Numbered from the stretch's first letter, positions 39,651-53,478 are shown. The stretch: DNA of 64,000 nucleotides from Eledone cirrhosa (GCA_964016885.1 OZ024740.1:201252001-201316000); one strand, 5' to 3'. The notes: generated by a model from the sequence alone, not told the origin. Program-made: numbers and translations.

Positions 39651-39942
39651 TTAATTAAGGCCTTGAATTCATTGAATTGGACGCAAAACTACCAAAAACT
39701 TCGATGCCTAATCACGTGATCTTCTTCAACCTATCAAATTCTACTTCCATTTTTTTTTTTTTCGTAAAACTGACAAAAATCCCCAACGTCAATTAGATGC
39801 GAGTTACATGTCGGCGTAGCCACACATTTCTCCATCTCTCTCAACCTTTGAAAATCTTGAAACTTGTGAAACCGGTAAAAATATAAATCATTGTAAATAA
39901 ACCTCCTTAAAGACTCTAGTTGCATTTTCAACTTCTTTTCCC

Positions 39943-40024
<82 letters not shown>

Positions 40025-40710
40025 GTGATAAACAGGCGAAACTCCAGAGTAACAAGACTCACTATTTTAGCCTTAATAAAATGGATATTTAAACTCTACT
40101 TAGGTATTGAGTATTCTTTTCTCTCAGCCGTCAACCACATACAGATATATACATATATATGTGCGGCGCGACGGGGGGTTGCAATGGAATAGACTGCACG
40201 TGAAATTAATCTGCAAGTAACAGCATTCTACATACATGTGTGCCCTTTGCGTAATTCCAAGAAAGATTCAACGTGCTGGCCTTTTGATATACAGGTAGAA
40301 TTAATGTTTGGCAGCTGAGTGAACTGAAACAATGTAAAGTGAGAGCACAAGAGATGTAAGAGAAAATGAGAGAAAACAAACCCTTTAAGAAAAATAAAAA
40401 TAAATACTGGGAAGAAAATGAAAACTTCCAGTAAGTACTTTAGGTATGTAGCTCTACTTTCAGACGTGCATACTTTATATCCTTCCTGTTATTTGCACTT
40501 AGTGTTTGTATCTATGTGTTTGCATGTATGTACGAATGTATGTATGTACGAATGTATGTATGTACGTACGTATGTATATATGTACGTACGTATGTATGTA
40601 TGTATATACGTATGTATGTCTTATATATGTATGTAAGTAATTATGTAGGTATGCTAATCAGCAACTAACTTTATCATTATTATTATTATTGTTATTATTG
40701 TTATTACTGT

Positions 40711-41320
40711 AAGGCGGTGGATTGGCAGTATCGGTAGAGGGTCGGACGCCATGCTTTGAAGCATAGAGTTACCTCCCTGTATGATCTGAGTTCAAATCCC
40801 GCTGAGGTTAACTTTGCCTTTCATCCTTACGGGGTCGTTAAAATAAAGTACCAGTAATACACTGGGTATTGCTGGCCTTGTGCCAATAGTAGAAACAATT
40901 ATTATTATTACTGTAATTATTATGGGCGGTTGATTGGCAGTATCGGGGTTATGGCACCTTGCTTTGCAGCATGGGTTATGGCCCTTTACGTTCTGAGTTC
41001 AAATCCTGTCGAGGTTAACTTTGCCTTTCATCCTTACGGTGTCGATAAAATAAAGTACCAGTAATGCACTGAGATAATTGCTGGCCTTGTGCTAAAAGTT
41101 GAAAACATACTTTGACCTTGTGCCTAAATCAGATTGACAGTATTGGTAGAGGGTTGGACGTCATGCTTTGACGCATAGAGTTACAGCCCTTTCCATTCTG
41201 AGTTCAAATCCCGCCGAGGTTAACTTTGCCTTTCATCCTTACGGGGTCGATAGAATAAAGTACCAGTAATGCACTGGGTAATTGCTGGCCTTGTGCCTAA
41301 AGTAGAAACAATTATTATTA
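40711..41320 (+). mobile_element. Three head-to-tail copies of the (ATT)n-tailed SINE
   Basis: Units at ~40711-40910, 40924-41106 and 41131-41320, each with A/B boxes and ttgcctttcatccttacgg.gtcg.taaaataaagtaccagt. Confidence 0.9.
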
Positions 41321-41934
41321 TTGCTGTTGTCGTTGATGATGATGATGATTGTGGTGTTGGCGTTGGTGTTGGTGGTGAATGTGGTATCGGTGGTGGTGTT
41401 GGTGGTGAATGTGGTATTGGTGGTATTGGTAGTGGTGGTGTTGGTGGTGAATGTGGTATTGGTGGTATTGGTAGTGGTGTTGGTGGTGTTGGTGGTGAAT
41501 GTGGTATTTGTGGTGCTGTAATTGCGGGTAGTGTTGCTGTTGTTGTTCTTGGTGTTATTGTTTTTGTTGTTATAGCTGTTGCTGCTAGTACATTGTTCCA
41601 CTGATGTTGTCGCAACAGAACATACACAATGCTAAGTTAATACGTTTTGTGTTAGTATAAAAATGACAGAACTGATAGAAATTTACATTGACAAAGGGAT
41701 TAGATTTGCTGGTCTGTACAACAGAACAACTTGTCGATAGCTACTAATCGTGTTGTCATATGGAAAAATGGTTTCTGAAACTCTTTTGGTCGGTGTGGGC
41801 TGGATTTAGTTGTTATATTATTTCTATTCATTCAGCGAATAAGATAGCTACAACTGCGGCTACTGCTGCTGTTGTTGATGCTGCTGCTGCTATTGATTCT
41901 TCTTATTATTATTCTTGTTATTTTTATTCTTATC

Positions 41935-42235
41935 CCCTCCTTCTTCTTCTTCTTCTTCTTCTTCTTCTTCTTCTTCTTCTTCTTCTTCTTCTTCTTCGTC
42001 GTCTTCTCCTCCTCCCCCCTTCTTCTTATTCTCTTTCTTCTGTTTCTTCTCTTTCTTCTTCGTCTTCTGCTCCCCCGCCTTCTTCTTCTCTTTCTTCTGT
42101 TTCTTCTTCTTCTCCTCTTTCTTCTTTTTCTTCTACTTCCTCTCCTTCGTCTCCTTCTCCTCTTCGTTTTATCCTTCTTCCTCTTCTTCGTCTTCTTCTC
42201 CTTCTCTTTCTCCTTCTTCCTCTTTTTCTTCTACC
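41935..42235. repeat. (CTT)n pyrimidine-rich low-complexity tract
   Basis: Directly visible. Confidence 0.9.
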
Positions 42236-42526
42236 TATCTGTTCAATAGATATACCATAACGAATTCGTAGAGCTGCTCATTAGCAACCATCGTGTAATA
42301 AGATAGAGCACGCGCCGTTATGCAAATCATCCATCGTAGATGTGGTATCTCGTGGCTGGTGGGGAACAGAGTTAAATATTTAAAAGACAAAAGAAGACCG
42401 GAATCCATATGAACTTTTAGTGTTGCAAAATCACAGTACGTATTTCTATGGCCAGGTTACATCATCAGATCATGACGTAATACTTTGCGACGTCATAGGA
42501 GTAAATCAGGTACAAAGATTAGCTAT

Positions 42527-44100
42527 CGGTGATTCCTGCCCTGGCGGGAATCGGCCTCCAGGTCAACTCGGCCAAGTAGGAGGTGGTGAACGTCAGCCTC
42601 GATGCTGCGAGCTTTGCAACCTCCGTCTTGGACGTGCGGTCCATTCTCCGCCAGGTTCAGATGACCCCCAAAGAGGATGTCCTCATCCTCGGGTCACCGA
42701 TCCACCCGCCGGCCACCCGCTCCACCATCAGGTCCAGGCTTCAACAGCTCCAGACTCTCACGAGCCGACTGGGCTTGATTGACGGCCACCCAGCTCTCTT
42801 TCTGCTGAGGAACTGCTTCGCCATGCCGAAGCTCCTCTATACACTCCGCAGCGCTCCATGCTACACCCAGACATCTCTCCTAGCTGACCTCGATACTTGT
42901 ATCCGAGCAGTAGCCGAGGGGATATGCAACGTCATGTTTGACGACATAGGGTGGCAACAGGCCACTTTACCGGTCAGATATGGCGGCCTAGGCCTCCGGT
43001 CCCCGATCTCACTAGCTTTGCCGGCGTATCTTTCGTCGGTAACCTCGTGCCGCGTCCTCGTCAGCAGGGTTCTTCAAAACACAACAGGACACTCTGTGTT
43101 CAGAGAACGTGAGGTCGCCTGTGAGACGTGGGACCGGCTGGGACTTAGCCCAGTAGACGTCCCTCCTCCTTCTCCCCCTGTTGATGTCAAGTCCTCCCAA
43201 CGCACTTGGGATGCCATCCACTGCAGCCTGGCCTCAGACAGACTCACGCGCCAGCTCGACCAGCACAGCCTTTCTTGTTTTCGTGCGGCCTCCAAACCCC
43301 ACAGTAGAGCCTGGCTCCATGCTCTGCCCTCCTTCTCCACTGGCACGCAGCTAGACAACCATAGCCTGCGAATCGGCGTTTCCCTGAGGCTCGGCCTCCG
43401 GATCTGCCAGCCACACCAATGTCGCTGCGGTTCCACCGTGAACTCTTTCGGCCTCCACCCGCTTTCCTGTCGCCACAGTGCCGGTCGCATTCCACGCCAT
43501 ACTGCCCTCAACGAAGTCATTAAGCATAGCTTGGACGCTGCAGGCTTCCCTTCCCAGCTCGAGCCGGTGGGGCTGGATCGAGGGGACAGCAAAAGGCCAG
43601 ATGGCATGACCATCTTCCCGTTCCGTGGTGGCAAACCCCTCGTCTGGGATGCCACTTGCACCGACACTTTCTGCAGCCGCAACCTGGTGCAGTCTGCGAC
43701 TGACCCAGGTTCTGCTGCACGTCAGGCTGAGGGGGCCAAACTCCTCAAATACCGGTCGCTCTCCGACAGGTTTGCGGTCGTTCCCCTGGCAGTGGAAACT
43801 TCTGGTGTCCTCGGCCCCAGGGCTACCTCCTTACTCACCACCATAGTCGCTGAGCTGGCCAGCCGCAGGTGTGAGCCCCGCGAGTTGGAGTGGCTTTTCC
43901 AGCTCGTCTCCCTTGCCGCCCTCCGGGGAAACGCCTTCTCCATTCTGTCCGCCGGGGCTGTGGGTGGGCCCCATCGCGTACCAATACATTAGTTAAATAT
44001 CATTCTTTCATCTTTAATGAATATATTAGTAATGTTCGGTTGCATTTTCTATTAACACAATCAAGATTTCTTTTAAATTGAAATATACTGAAATAATAAA
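42527..44100 (+). mobile_element. 5'-truncated CRE-like RLE non-LTR retrotransposon, young (GC-rich, frame open)
   Basis: ORF 42583-43992: ILGSPI, QATLPVRYGGLGLRS, AWLHALP, LRLG, CRCG...HPLSC, RHTALN, KRPDG...WDAT...K..KY, PLAVETSG. Confidence 0.85.
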
Positions 44101-44242
44101 CTGTCTTTATAAACATAAACAGAGGATAGACTTGATTCCAAGACAGCCCGCCATATTCAGTAGATATAATAGAAAAAGCAGGTGATATGTGAGTGTGTTC
44201 GTGTAAAGGCAACTACACTTCCCTCTCTCTCACTCTCTTTCC

Positions 44243-44279
<37 letters not shown>

Positions 44280-44484
44280 GTTATATATATATATGTGTGT
44301 GTGTGTGTGTATATGCTAATTCGAGTATGTGTTGGTTAACTACCGACTCTGTTTTGTCTGTTCAAAGTCTAGCTGTCTGATGACGTCATAGCTGTTGCAT
44401 AATGGTTATCCCCAAAATATATATAACAGTGAATATGAGTAAACGAAGTTAATTTGAACCTGTTGACTAACACTTCTTGTTTTA

Positions 44485-44525
<41 letters not shown>

Positions 44526-44531
<6 letters not shown>

Positions 44532-45003
44532 ATACTTTGGGAGGGTCATGTTGCCAATAAGAAACACACGCACCAGTTGCTTTCACTTCAATTTATTATA
44601 TATTTATAAATTTATAAATCTACAAATTTACAAACTTATAAATTTCTGGTTGCAAAATAGAAAAATGAACACAAACACACACAGACACCCGGATGTGGCA
44701 CATGCGCAAACTGAGCACACAACACACACACAGAAACAAAATGGCGTAGGATAGAAGAAAGGAAAGGCACAGAAACGAAGAAAGGAATCCCCAGTCACTG
44801 AAGAGGTCACAGAGTGTGTGACGAAAGGACTATGACTATATATATAAACAACTATCTGGTTGTGGAACCAACCAACCAACCAGAAATTTATAAGTTTGTA
44901 AATTTGTAGATTTATAAATTTATAAATATATAATAAATTGAAGTGAAAGCAACTGGTGCGTGTGTTTCTTATTGGCAACATGACCCTCCCAAAGTATAAC
45001 AAT
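44526..45003. mobile_element. Foldback (~127-bp inverted arms) enclosing a hammerhead; Penelope pLTR-like; in (TA)n
   Basis: 44526-44652 is the reverse complement of 44877-45003. Confidence 0.8.
44793..44837 (+). ncRNA. Minimal type I hammerhead motif
   Basis: agtca CTGAAGA g gtcaca gagtg tgtgac GAAA ggac TA tgact; stem I agtca/tgact, stem II 6 bp. Confidence 0.65.
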
Positions 45004-45058
45004 ATCGGTTTCAACACACGATTTCAGATAAAGAATCTTGCTAAACAAATTCAGAAAC

Positions 45059-45186
<128 letters not shown>

Positions 45187-45457
45187 TTATACATATCTCT
45201 GGAGGTTAGATAAGGCATTTTCCCCAAGGATATAAAGGATATACTCACATTCAAACAACTAGATATAAGGCTCCTTATATTTAATTTCCTTGAATGTGAG
45301 TATATCTCTAGGAAATGATGGTCTATTTACCCTTCAATGATTTGTATAAGATACTCTCTATATATATTTACTTCTCTGAATAACATCTTTTAACGATCTC
45401 TTATCATTGAGATGTTATGTATATGCGTGACAATTTTACTTATGTATAATAATAATA

Positions 45458-45607
45458 ATTCTTTCTTATATAGGCACAAGGCCATGGGGGAGGAGAAAGT
45501 CAAATAAATCGACCCCAGTGAGTGACTGGTACCTTATTTTATCGATCCCGTAAGGATGAAAGGCAAAGTTAACCTCGGCGGGATTTGAACTCAGAATGGC
45601 AAGGGCC

Positions 45608-45608
<1 letters not shown>
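45458..45608 (-). mobile_element. 5'-truncated (ATT)n-tailed SINE inside (AAT)n
   Basis: Family consensus motifs on the minus strand. Confidence 0.85.
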
Positions 45609-45660
<52 letters not shown>

Positions 45661-45661
<1 letters not shown>

Positions 45662-46805
45662 TTAGGTACAGTGCGGGAATTCTGAGATGGAATGTTGCTG
45701 AACAAAAAGAAATGGATAGGAAGACTAGGAAGCTATTGACTATCTACAACATGTTCCACAAGAGGAGTGATGTCGATAGACTCTACCTAAGGAGATCTGA
45801 GGGTGGAAGAGGTCTTATCAGCATAGAGGACTGTGTTCAGATGGAGAAAAACAACCTATACAAATACGTGACCTATAGTAAGGAGCCAATGCTCAGAGCT
45901 GTACTGAAGGAGGGGACAGTAGGCCAGGGGATACCCAAGGAGGAAATAACATCAAGGAGGAAGAGCAGCCTTAAGGGAAAATCCCTTCATAGTACCTTCT
46001 TTGAGAAAACTGAATTTAGAGATCCACAGACATGGAACTGGTTGAGAAGAGGAGACCTCAAAAAGGCTACAGAAGGAATGCTAATGGCTGCGCAGGAGCA
46101 GGCCCTCAAAACGAAGTGGTTGAAGCACCATATCTACAAGGAGGAGGCTAGCCCACTGTGCAGGATCTGTGGAGAGAGAGAGGAGACTGTGGCTCACATT
46201 GTGTCCGAGTGTAAACACCTAGCCCAGACCCACTATAAGGGCTGGAGACACGATGTGATGGGCAGGGTGATCCACTGGCACCTGTGCAAAGTAAACAATC
46301 TACCACATTCTGAGAAATGGTATGAGCATAGGCCAGAGGCGGTGATGGAGAACAGTCAGGTGAAGGTGCTGTGGGATTTTAGGATACAGACGGACAAAAA
46401 ACTGGAGCACAATAGACCTGACCTGGTGGTTGTGGACAAAGAAAAAAGATCGTGCCTGATTGTGGATGTGGCCTGCCCGTTCGACACGAGAGTGCAAGAG
46501 AAGGAGAGGGAGAAAATTAACCGATACCAGGACCTAAAGTGGGAGGTGAAAAGGATTTGGAACTGCCATGAAGTCAAAGTGATCCCGATTGTCATAGGCG
46601 CACTGGGGACTATCTCCAAAGGTTTCCAGGGATGGTTAAAGAAAATCGGCCCCTTCACGCTTTTTGGAACGCTTCAAAAGGCATGCTTGCTTGGAACGGC
46701 AAGAACCCTCCGATACGTCCTGAATATCTGAGGCTGCAGGTAGTGGCTTGATATTCAATCCAACGGACTTTCCAGTTAACCAACTTCAATGACTGAGATT
46801 CAAGG
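45661..46805 (+). mobile_element. 5'-truncated Dong-like (R4 clade) element flanked by (AAT)n
   Basis: Open ORF 45712-46731: EGGRGL, AAQEQAL, CRIC...HIVSEC, RHD, HNRPDLVV...DVACP...EK..RY; (AAT)n at 45610-45660 and 46806-46838. Confidence 0.92.
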
Positions 46806-46838
46806 AATAACAATAACAATAATAATAATAATAATAAT

Positions 46839-49801
46839 AGAACTGTTATGCAATGTTACCTGACGAGTAACCCCAAGGAGAAAGGCTATAGGAAAAGGAT
46901 GCGTAACATCTGGAACGAGATTGGTCCATTTAAATTAGATGAACAAAAACTGGCCGGGCAGGCTCGGGTAATAAGAACTAATGGTAGGATAAGCGAGCTG
47001 GAACTGGAGGAACTGAGCAGAGATGGAGGGTGGAGGGTGGAGTATGCCAGGCAAACGAGCCAGTGGGAAATGAAGGTGAAGAGGTCGAGAGAACGGAGGA
47101 ACCACCCGAAGCAGACAATGACCTGAATGCTGAGATAAATAATACCTGGAACAGAGATACGGCCACTGAGGAGATGAATACTGACGGGCTAGGACAAGAT
47201 TTGGTAGATATCCTAAACTTAGTGGTAGATGAATTGAACAATGATAGTGGGAGACCTATGAACCTAAGATTTGTAGACAGGAAAAAGTTAAAAGAAACAA
47301 CAGCTAAGGTAAACAAAGTCATCCCATACCTTGAGGCGAGGAGCCTTCACCAGTGCAACAATATCCTCAAAGCAACAGCAAATACGGTGAGGAAACTACT
47401 TGGTATAAAAGCGAGAGGAAACAACAGACAAGAAAGAGCAGAGCCTTGGTGGAAGAAACGACTGAGTGGTCAAATCAGGGAAATGATAAATGACATTGGA
47501 AAGTTTGAGTCCCTACTGAATGGGACACTAAAAAACATAGACACTAAAAATAGACTGGAAATAAAGTACAAAACTAGGAGGATAAAGCTAAATATTATCA
47601 TAGAGGAACTGAAGCAACGCATTGTACCAAAGAGTGCAAAAATCAGGCGATACGAGAACAGAGTCAGTCAGTATAGACAGAACCGCATGTTTGACAACAA
47701 CCAGAAGATGTTGTTTGGATAGCTTGAAGGGAAAGAAAGAGGCAACGATTTGATCCCTGAGGCGGAACAAACTAAAACATTCTGGAGAGGAATATGGGAG
47801 CAGGATGTTAAACATAATGACCAGGCAGTGTGGATTGAGACAGTACAGAAGGAGATCAGTGAACAGGCAAACCAACAAACTGATTTGAGTATCACAGTTG
47901 AAACTCTTAAGGGGCAGGCCGAAAAACTAACCAACTGGAAATCACCAGGCCCAGATGGTGTGCAGGGGTATTGGATTAAAAACATTTAACATCCCTCCAC
48001 CCGAAACTGACAACCATGTTCAATGACTGCTTGATGTCAGGTGAGGTACCAGAGTGGTTGACAAAAGGTACCACAGTTCTGATAATGAAAGACCGAATCA
48101 AGGGTAATTATGTTACCAACTATAGACCTATCACATGTCTGTCCGTAATGTGGAAACTGTTGACAAGCATTATGTCTGAGGAAATCTACCATCACCTCCA
48201 CACAAACAACTTGTTACCGGACGAACAGAAAGGATGCCGAAAGAAGTCACGTGGTACAAAGGACCAATTACTTATTGATAAGATAGTAATGTGGAATTGC
48301 AAGAGGAGACACACTGGATGGATAGACTACAAAAAGGCATTTGACATGGTGCCTCATTCTTGGATCACCAAAAGCCTGGAGATCTTCGAGGTGGCAGATA
48401 ACATCAGACAATTGTTGGGCAAAAGTATGAAGTCCTGGGAAACAGAGCTAACATCAACTGGAGAATCCTTGGGAAGCGTGAAGATCAAGAGAGGTATCTT
48501 CCGGGGAGATAGTCTGTCCCCTCTGTTGTTTGTCCTTGCCCTGGTGCCCCTGACCAGTGTACTGCGAAAAGTGAGAGCAGGATACAGGTTGGGAAAGGGA
48601 GGGCTTACCATCAAACACCTCCTCTTCATGGACGATCTTAAGCTCTTCGGGAAAAGTGAGAAGGAGTTGGATGTGCTTGTTGACACTGTCCGTATTTTCA
48701 GCAATGATATATGTATGCAATTTGGTATTAGTAAGTGTGGAGTCATTGTGATGAGGAGGGGTAAGTTGAGCAGAAGTAATGGAATCCAGATACCAACAGG
48801 TGAGATGATAAAGGAAATTGACTCTGAGGAAGGATACAAGTATTTGGGCGTTCTGGAGGCTGATGACATCAAGAACAAAAAAATGAAGGAATTGATAAGA
48901 ACTGAATACCTTCGGAGAGTAAGGAGCGTATTAAAGTCACATCTGAACAGTAGGAATGCCATAAGTGCAGTAAATTCCCGAGCTGTGTCTATTATTAGGT
49001 ACAGTGCGGGAATTCTGAGATGGAATGTTGCTGAACAAAAAGAAATGGATAGGAAGACTAGGAAGCTATTGACTATCTACAATATGTTTCACAAGAGGAG
49101 TGATGTCGATAGACTCTACTTAAGGAGATCTGAAGGTGGAAGAGGTCTTATCAGCATAGAGGACTTTGTTCAGATGGAGAAAAACAACCTACACAAATAC
49201 GTGACTGATAGTAAGGAGCCAATGCTCAGAACTGTACTGAAGGAGGGGACAATAGGCCAGGGGATGTCCAAGGAGCAAATAACATCAAGGAGAAAGAGCA
49301 GCCTTCAGGAAAAATCCCTTCATAGTACCTTCTTTGAGAAAACTGAATTTAGAGATTCACAGACATGGAACTGGTTGAAAAGAGGAGACCTTAAAAAGGC
49401 TACAGAAGGAATGTTAATGGCTGCGCAGGAGCAGGCCCTAAAAACGAAGTGGTTGAAACACCACATTTAAAAGGAGGAGGCTAGCCCACTGTGCAGGATC
49501 TGTGGAGAGAGAGAGGAGACTGTGGCTCACATTGTATCCGAGTGTAAACACCTAGCCCAGACTCACTATAAGGGCTGGAGACATGATGTGATGGGCAGGG
49601 TGATCCACTGGCACCTATGCAAAGTAAACAATTTACCCCATTCTGAGAAGTGGTATGAGCATAAGCCAGTGTCGGTGATAGAAAACGATCAGGTGAAGGT
49701 GCTGTGGGATTTTAGGATACAGACGGACAAGAAAGTGGAACACAATAGACCTGACCTGGTGGTTTTGGACAAGGAAATAATATGATGCCTGATTGTGGAT
49801 G
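46839..49801 (+). mobile_element. Near full-length Dong-like element, left part (interrupted)
   Basis: N-terminal CYL.S.P..KGYRKRM..IW domain; NWKSPGPDGVQGYW, YRPITCL, DYKKAFD, LFMDD, YKYLG; several stops and frameshifts. Confidence 0.92.
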
Positions 49802-52800
49802 CTGACACAGATCTTCCGCATCCTAGTTCGCGCGGGACGCCCCTCAACGTCTCCAGTTTGTGCAGTAATGGCTCGACAGTCAATACGTACAAGAGGTACG
49901 AGAGGGGACATCCTTGGCGGACCGAGCGCATGATGTTGAACGGTTCCGAAAGGTGACCGTTAACTCTCACCACAGAGCAGATGTCGCTGTGCATGGCAAC
50001 GATCCAGCCTCTGAAGACGAGCCCAAAGCCAGCCGCCCTCAGGACTGCCGCTAGGTAACGATGGTCGACCCTATTGAAAGCTTTCGACTGATCTAAATTG
50101 ATCAAGGACCCACCCGTGGAGGTTGTCGTGGATGGATCTGTCGAGAATGGTGCATGTCTGCGCCTCTCCCACCAGACCACCAACGACAAGCGCCAACCTC
50201 TTTGCTAGCACCTTAGCCAAAATCTTGAACTCTGTGTTTAGCAGAGTTATGGGCCTGAAATTATCTGTTATCCCCCTTGTTCGGATCCTTTCTCAGCAGT
50301 GCCACCGCTCCTCGGCTCACAGAGCTGGGAATTCTCCCGTTCTGTTGCCAGTTGCAGTAAACGTCCGCCAAGAGGCTTCCGAACAAGTCTGGCATATGTA
50401 CGTAAAGTTCATAGGGCAGACCATCCAAACCAGGCGATTTACCCCATGTGCAGCCAGTCATTGCCTCCCGTACTTCAGCGGCTGTTATCGGCTTTTCGCA
50501 ACACTCCGCCTCAGTGGCCGAGAGCCGCGGCAGTCCGTCGAGGTAGACACTAAAGTCCATCCCTCGACCCGGCCCACCGCTGTCCCCGAACAGCTGAGCG
50601 AAGTGTCGCTGAAAAGCTTCACACATTTGCCCGGGATCGAGTAGCATGCGCCCGTCGTGGTCCACCAAAGACCGGATCGTGGCTTTGTTGCCACGACGCG
50701 CCTCCGCCACTCGGGCCCATTGAACGGCTTTCGTCCTCGCGTGTCTGAGAGCACGCACCCTAGCTCTGACAACGCAGCCTTCGTGCTTTGCATTGAAGAA
50801 TTGGTCAAGGGCCAATTTCGCCGCAAGCACGTCGGTCGCGATGCCTTTGCTAAGCGCTTCGTCTAATTTTCTAACTAGTTCTCCCTCTGCTCTATTTTTC
50901 TCTATTGCTAAAGCCTTACGAAACCTAATGGATTCTATTCTAATCGCTCTTTACAGAGCAAACCACCACTTGTTGTTGACGATGGCCCCCGTCAACGCCC
51001 GCTTAACTAGTTCGCTAATCCGGTCTCTGTAGGCATTGCGCGCTGGTAAGGACGCGTTTAGCTTCCAGTAGCCGGGTTCTCGTCTATGAAGCCTATCTAA
51101 GTCAAGCACACAGATCACGAATTTGTGGTCCGTGTAGCTGACTATCTTGAATTGTGGACAGCCTATGCTAGACCTATCTATTTCCCTACAAAATACTCTA
51201 TCTGGATATGATCTGGATGACCCTATGCGATTTGTCCAAGTCCACATTGACAAATTGGCACATTCGGGAAATCCAATCGGTACCTGTCAGAGCAGGTTGG
51301 TGAGGCTCTTGCACCCTCCACCCCTATCCGCTAATCCCACACAGTCCCAGCGTGCATCTAAGATCCCATTAACACTAAAGAGCTGGACGTTCCAAGAAAG
51401 GTCTCCAGACGCCGGAAGAAATCAGGCCGCTCTGCTCCTGTCGGGGCATAGACGGCCACTAGCCTGAAAGCTTGCCCGTCTCCGCTGGTCACGTCCAGCA
51501 CCACCAACTTACCGTCTGCGTCCAGGAAGATGGCCCGTATGGCGAGATCCAAACCTCTTCGAAAAAGCACAGCAACTCCTACCCCCTATCCAGGACGGCT
51601 GGGAGATGCCTTCACATCGTAGCCGCCGAAAATCGGCGCGAAGGCCCGTGCCTCGGAGATTCTGGTCTCGCTGATGGCCACAACATCTATGTTTAGTGAC
51701 CTGAGGTCGTTGAGCATGTTACCCTGCTTCTATGACGACCCCAAGCCACGCGCATTTATGCTGCCTATTCTGAGTGAGGTCATGTTTAAAATGGAGTGGA
51801 AAAGATGGGAAAGACCACTTACCGTACTTTTCGTAGAGGAAGGATGGTTTCTCCATCCCTTTTCACTTGGTCGTCTGGTGAAGGGACCGTTGAATCGTCC
51901 CTTCGGCTGGTCGTCGGCTCTTCTATGAGTATGTCCGAATATACTCTCCGGTTGAGAGTCCCTCCTAGGTCTCTGAAATCACCAACTGCGTTGGGGAATT
52001 TCGTTTTAATGTTTGTGTATTGTTTCTGTGCTATTTTTACCAATCTTATGTTCGTTCATGTTTTGATTGGTGTTGGTATTATGTAGTCGTGCTGTGAAAT
52101 GTCTGTGTGTTCAATTATGTAAGTCATTAGTTTCTTGTTGTGTGTATTTATTGCCGTGCATTTGTTTTTCTGGGGGTGGGGTGTGGTTCTGCTATTTTCT
52201 TGTCGTTATTGCTGGATGTGTGTGTTTTGTTGTTGTGTTTGCGATGTTGGTGCTTGTGGTGGTGGTGTTGAAGGTGTTGTTGTTGTTGGCGGTGGGGTTG
52301 TCGCCGGTGGTGATGGTGGTGCTAGTGTGGGTGGTGATGGTGTTGGTGGTGTTGCTGCTGTGAGTTTCTTTGTAGTATCCTTTACCCTTTTTTCATTTCT
52401 TTCCTCCCTTTTCGAAGGCGACGATGCGCTGCTTCTGCGTTTGTGCCTTCTTGCGACCTTTTGCCATCCCTCTCCCACCTCACACTCCATGTCTGATTCT
52501 GTGAGGTCGGGGAGGGGTACCAGCTCCGCTCTTTCACTTGTTGTTGTTGGTGATGTTTGCAGTGGAGTCTCTGTTGGAGCTGCAGTTGGTATTACTGTTG
52601 TTGTTGTTAATACTTCCACTGCTGCTGCTGTTCTTGATTTACCGTGGCTTGGGTATTGGTGCCACGGACCTATCGTTCCTGGTTGCCGCTTGTCCTGTTG
52701 CTGGTAGCAGTGGAGCCGGATTCGGAAGGAGGGGGTTTTCTCCTTTCTCAGGGTCTTCTCGTTGCAGAAGGCCCTGAGGTGAGTCTTCGATCCACAGCGA

Positions 52801-53432
52801 AAGCATTTCGGGCGTTTGCCCTCAACACTTATGGGAAGTTGAGTGCCGTTATCGACGTCTATCACATCCAGGATAGCTTCGATGCACTCCTGGTTGGTTT
52901 GGATTAACATCTCAATGGCGGTGCCGACCCAATTTTCTCTTACTCTTTTCTGTACTTGCAGTACAGTTGTTTTGTCCTCGATTCCGACGAGGACAGACGC
53001 GGCCAGCCAAGAAGGGGCCATCCCGGGGGGGGGGGGGACGTGGGTCAGTTTGACCCTCACAATTTTTTGCCCGCAGTAGGAGGGCACCAACACCATTTCC
53101 TCGCTCCTTAGGGTCACTAAGGATTGAGCCTTTGCCTCCTGGGGTGTGGCAAAAAGCACGTCTACGGTGGCATATTTCTTGCCTCGGGTGATATGCGTTT
53201 TACGCTGCCACACAGACCCTAAGGCTTTTTGTATTTGAGCCTCTGTGGCTCTTTCAACCCTACGGGATTTTGTGCTTACTGTACGGTACGTGACCGTACA
53301 GTGCTGTTGGGTTTCGAAACATTTTTCGGCTGCCTTGCAGATTGCTCGGTGTCCGGTTTTCGTCACCATCTTCTTCGCTTCCTGTAATTCCTCATTTGTT
53401 ATGAGGATGGTTTCCAGGTTCTTTGCTGCTGC

Positions 53433-53478
<46 letters not shown>

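Noticed and set aside
39845-39882. TTGAAAA...GAAACCGGTA variant hammerhead-like spacing
   Set aside because: Stems I and II do not pair convincingly.
40038-40056. GAAA-ctccagag-TA, hammerhead stem III half
   Set aside because: The CUGANGA half is missing (truncated at the TA tract), so no ribozyme can be called.
40711-41320. Regularly repeated motif that could be mistaken for a CRISPR array or tRNA cluster
   Set aside because: Tandem SINE copies in eukaryotic DNA; no unique spacers, cas genes or cloverleaf.
41220-41627. Pro/Thr-rich or Gly-rich ORFs
   Set aside because: Low-complexity minisatellite fused to a SINE.
43074-43682. Long antisense ORFs over LINE coding regions (also 14439-15080, 16646-17155, 48354-48962, 56337-56957)
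   Set aside because: Expected shadows of GC-rich or codon-biased sense ORFs.
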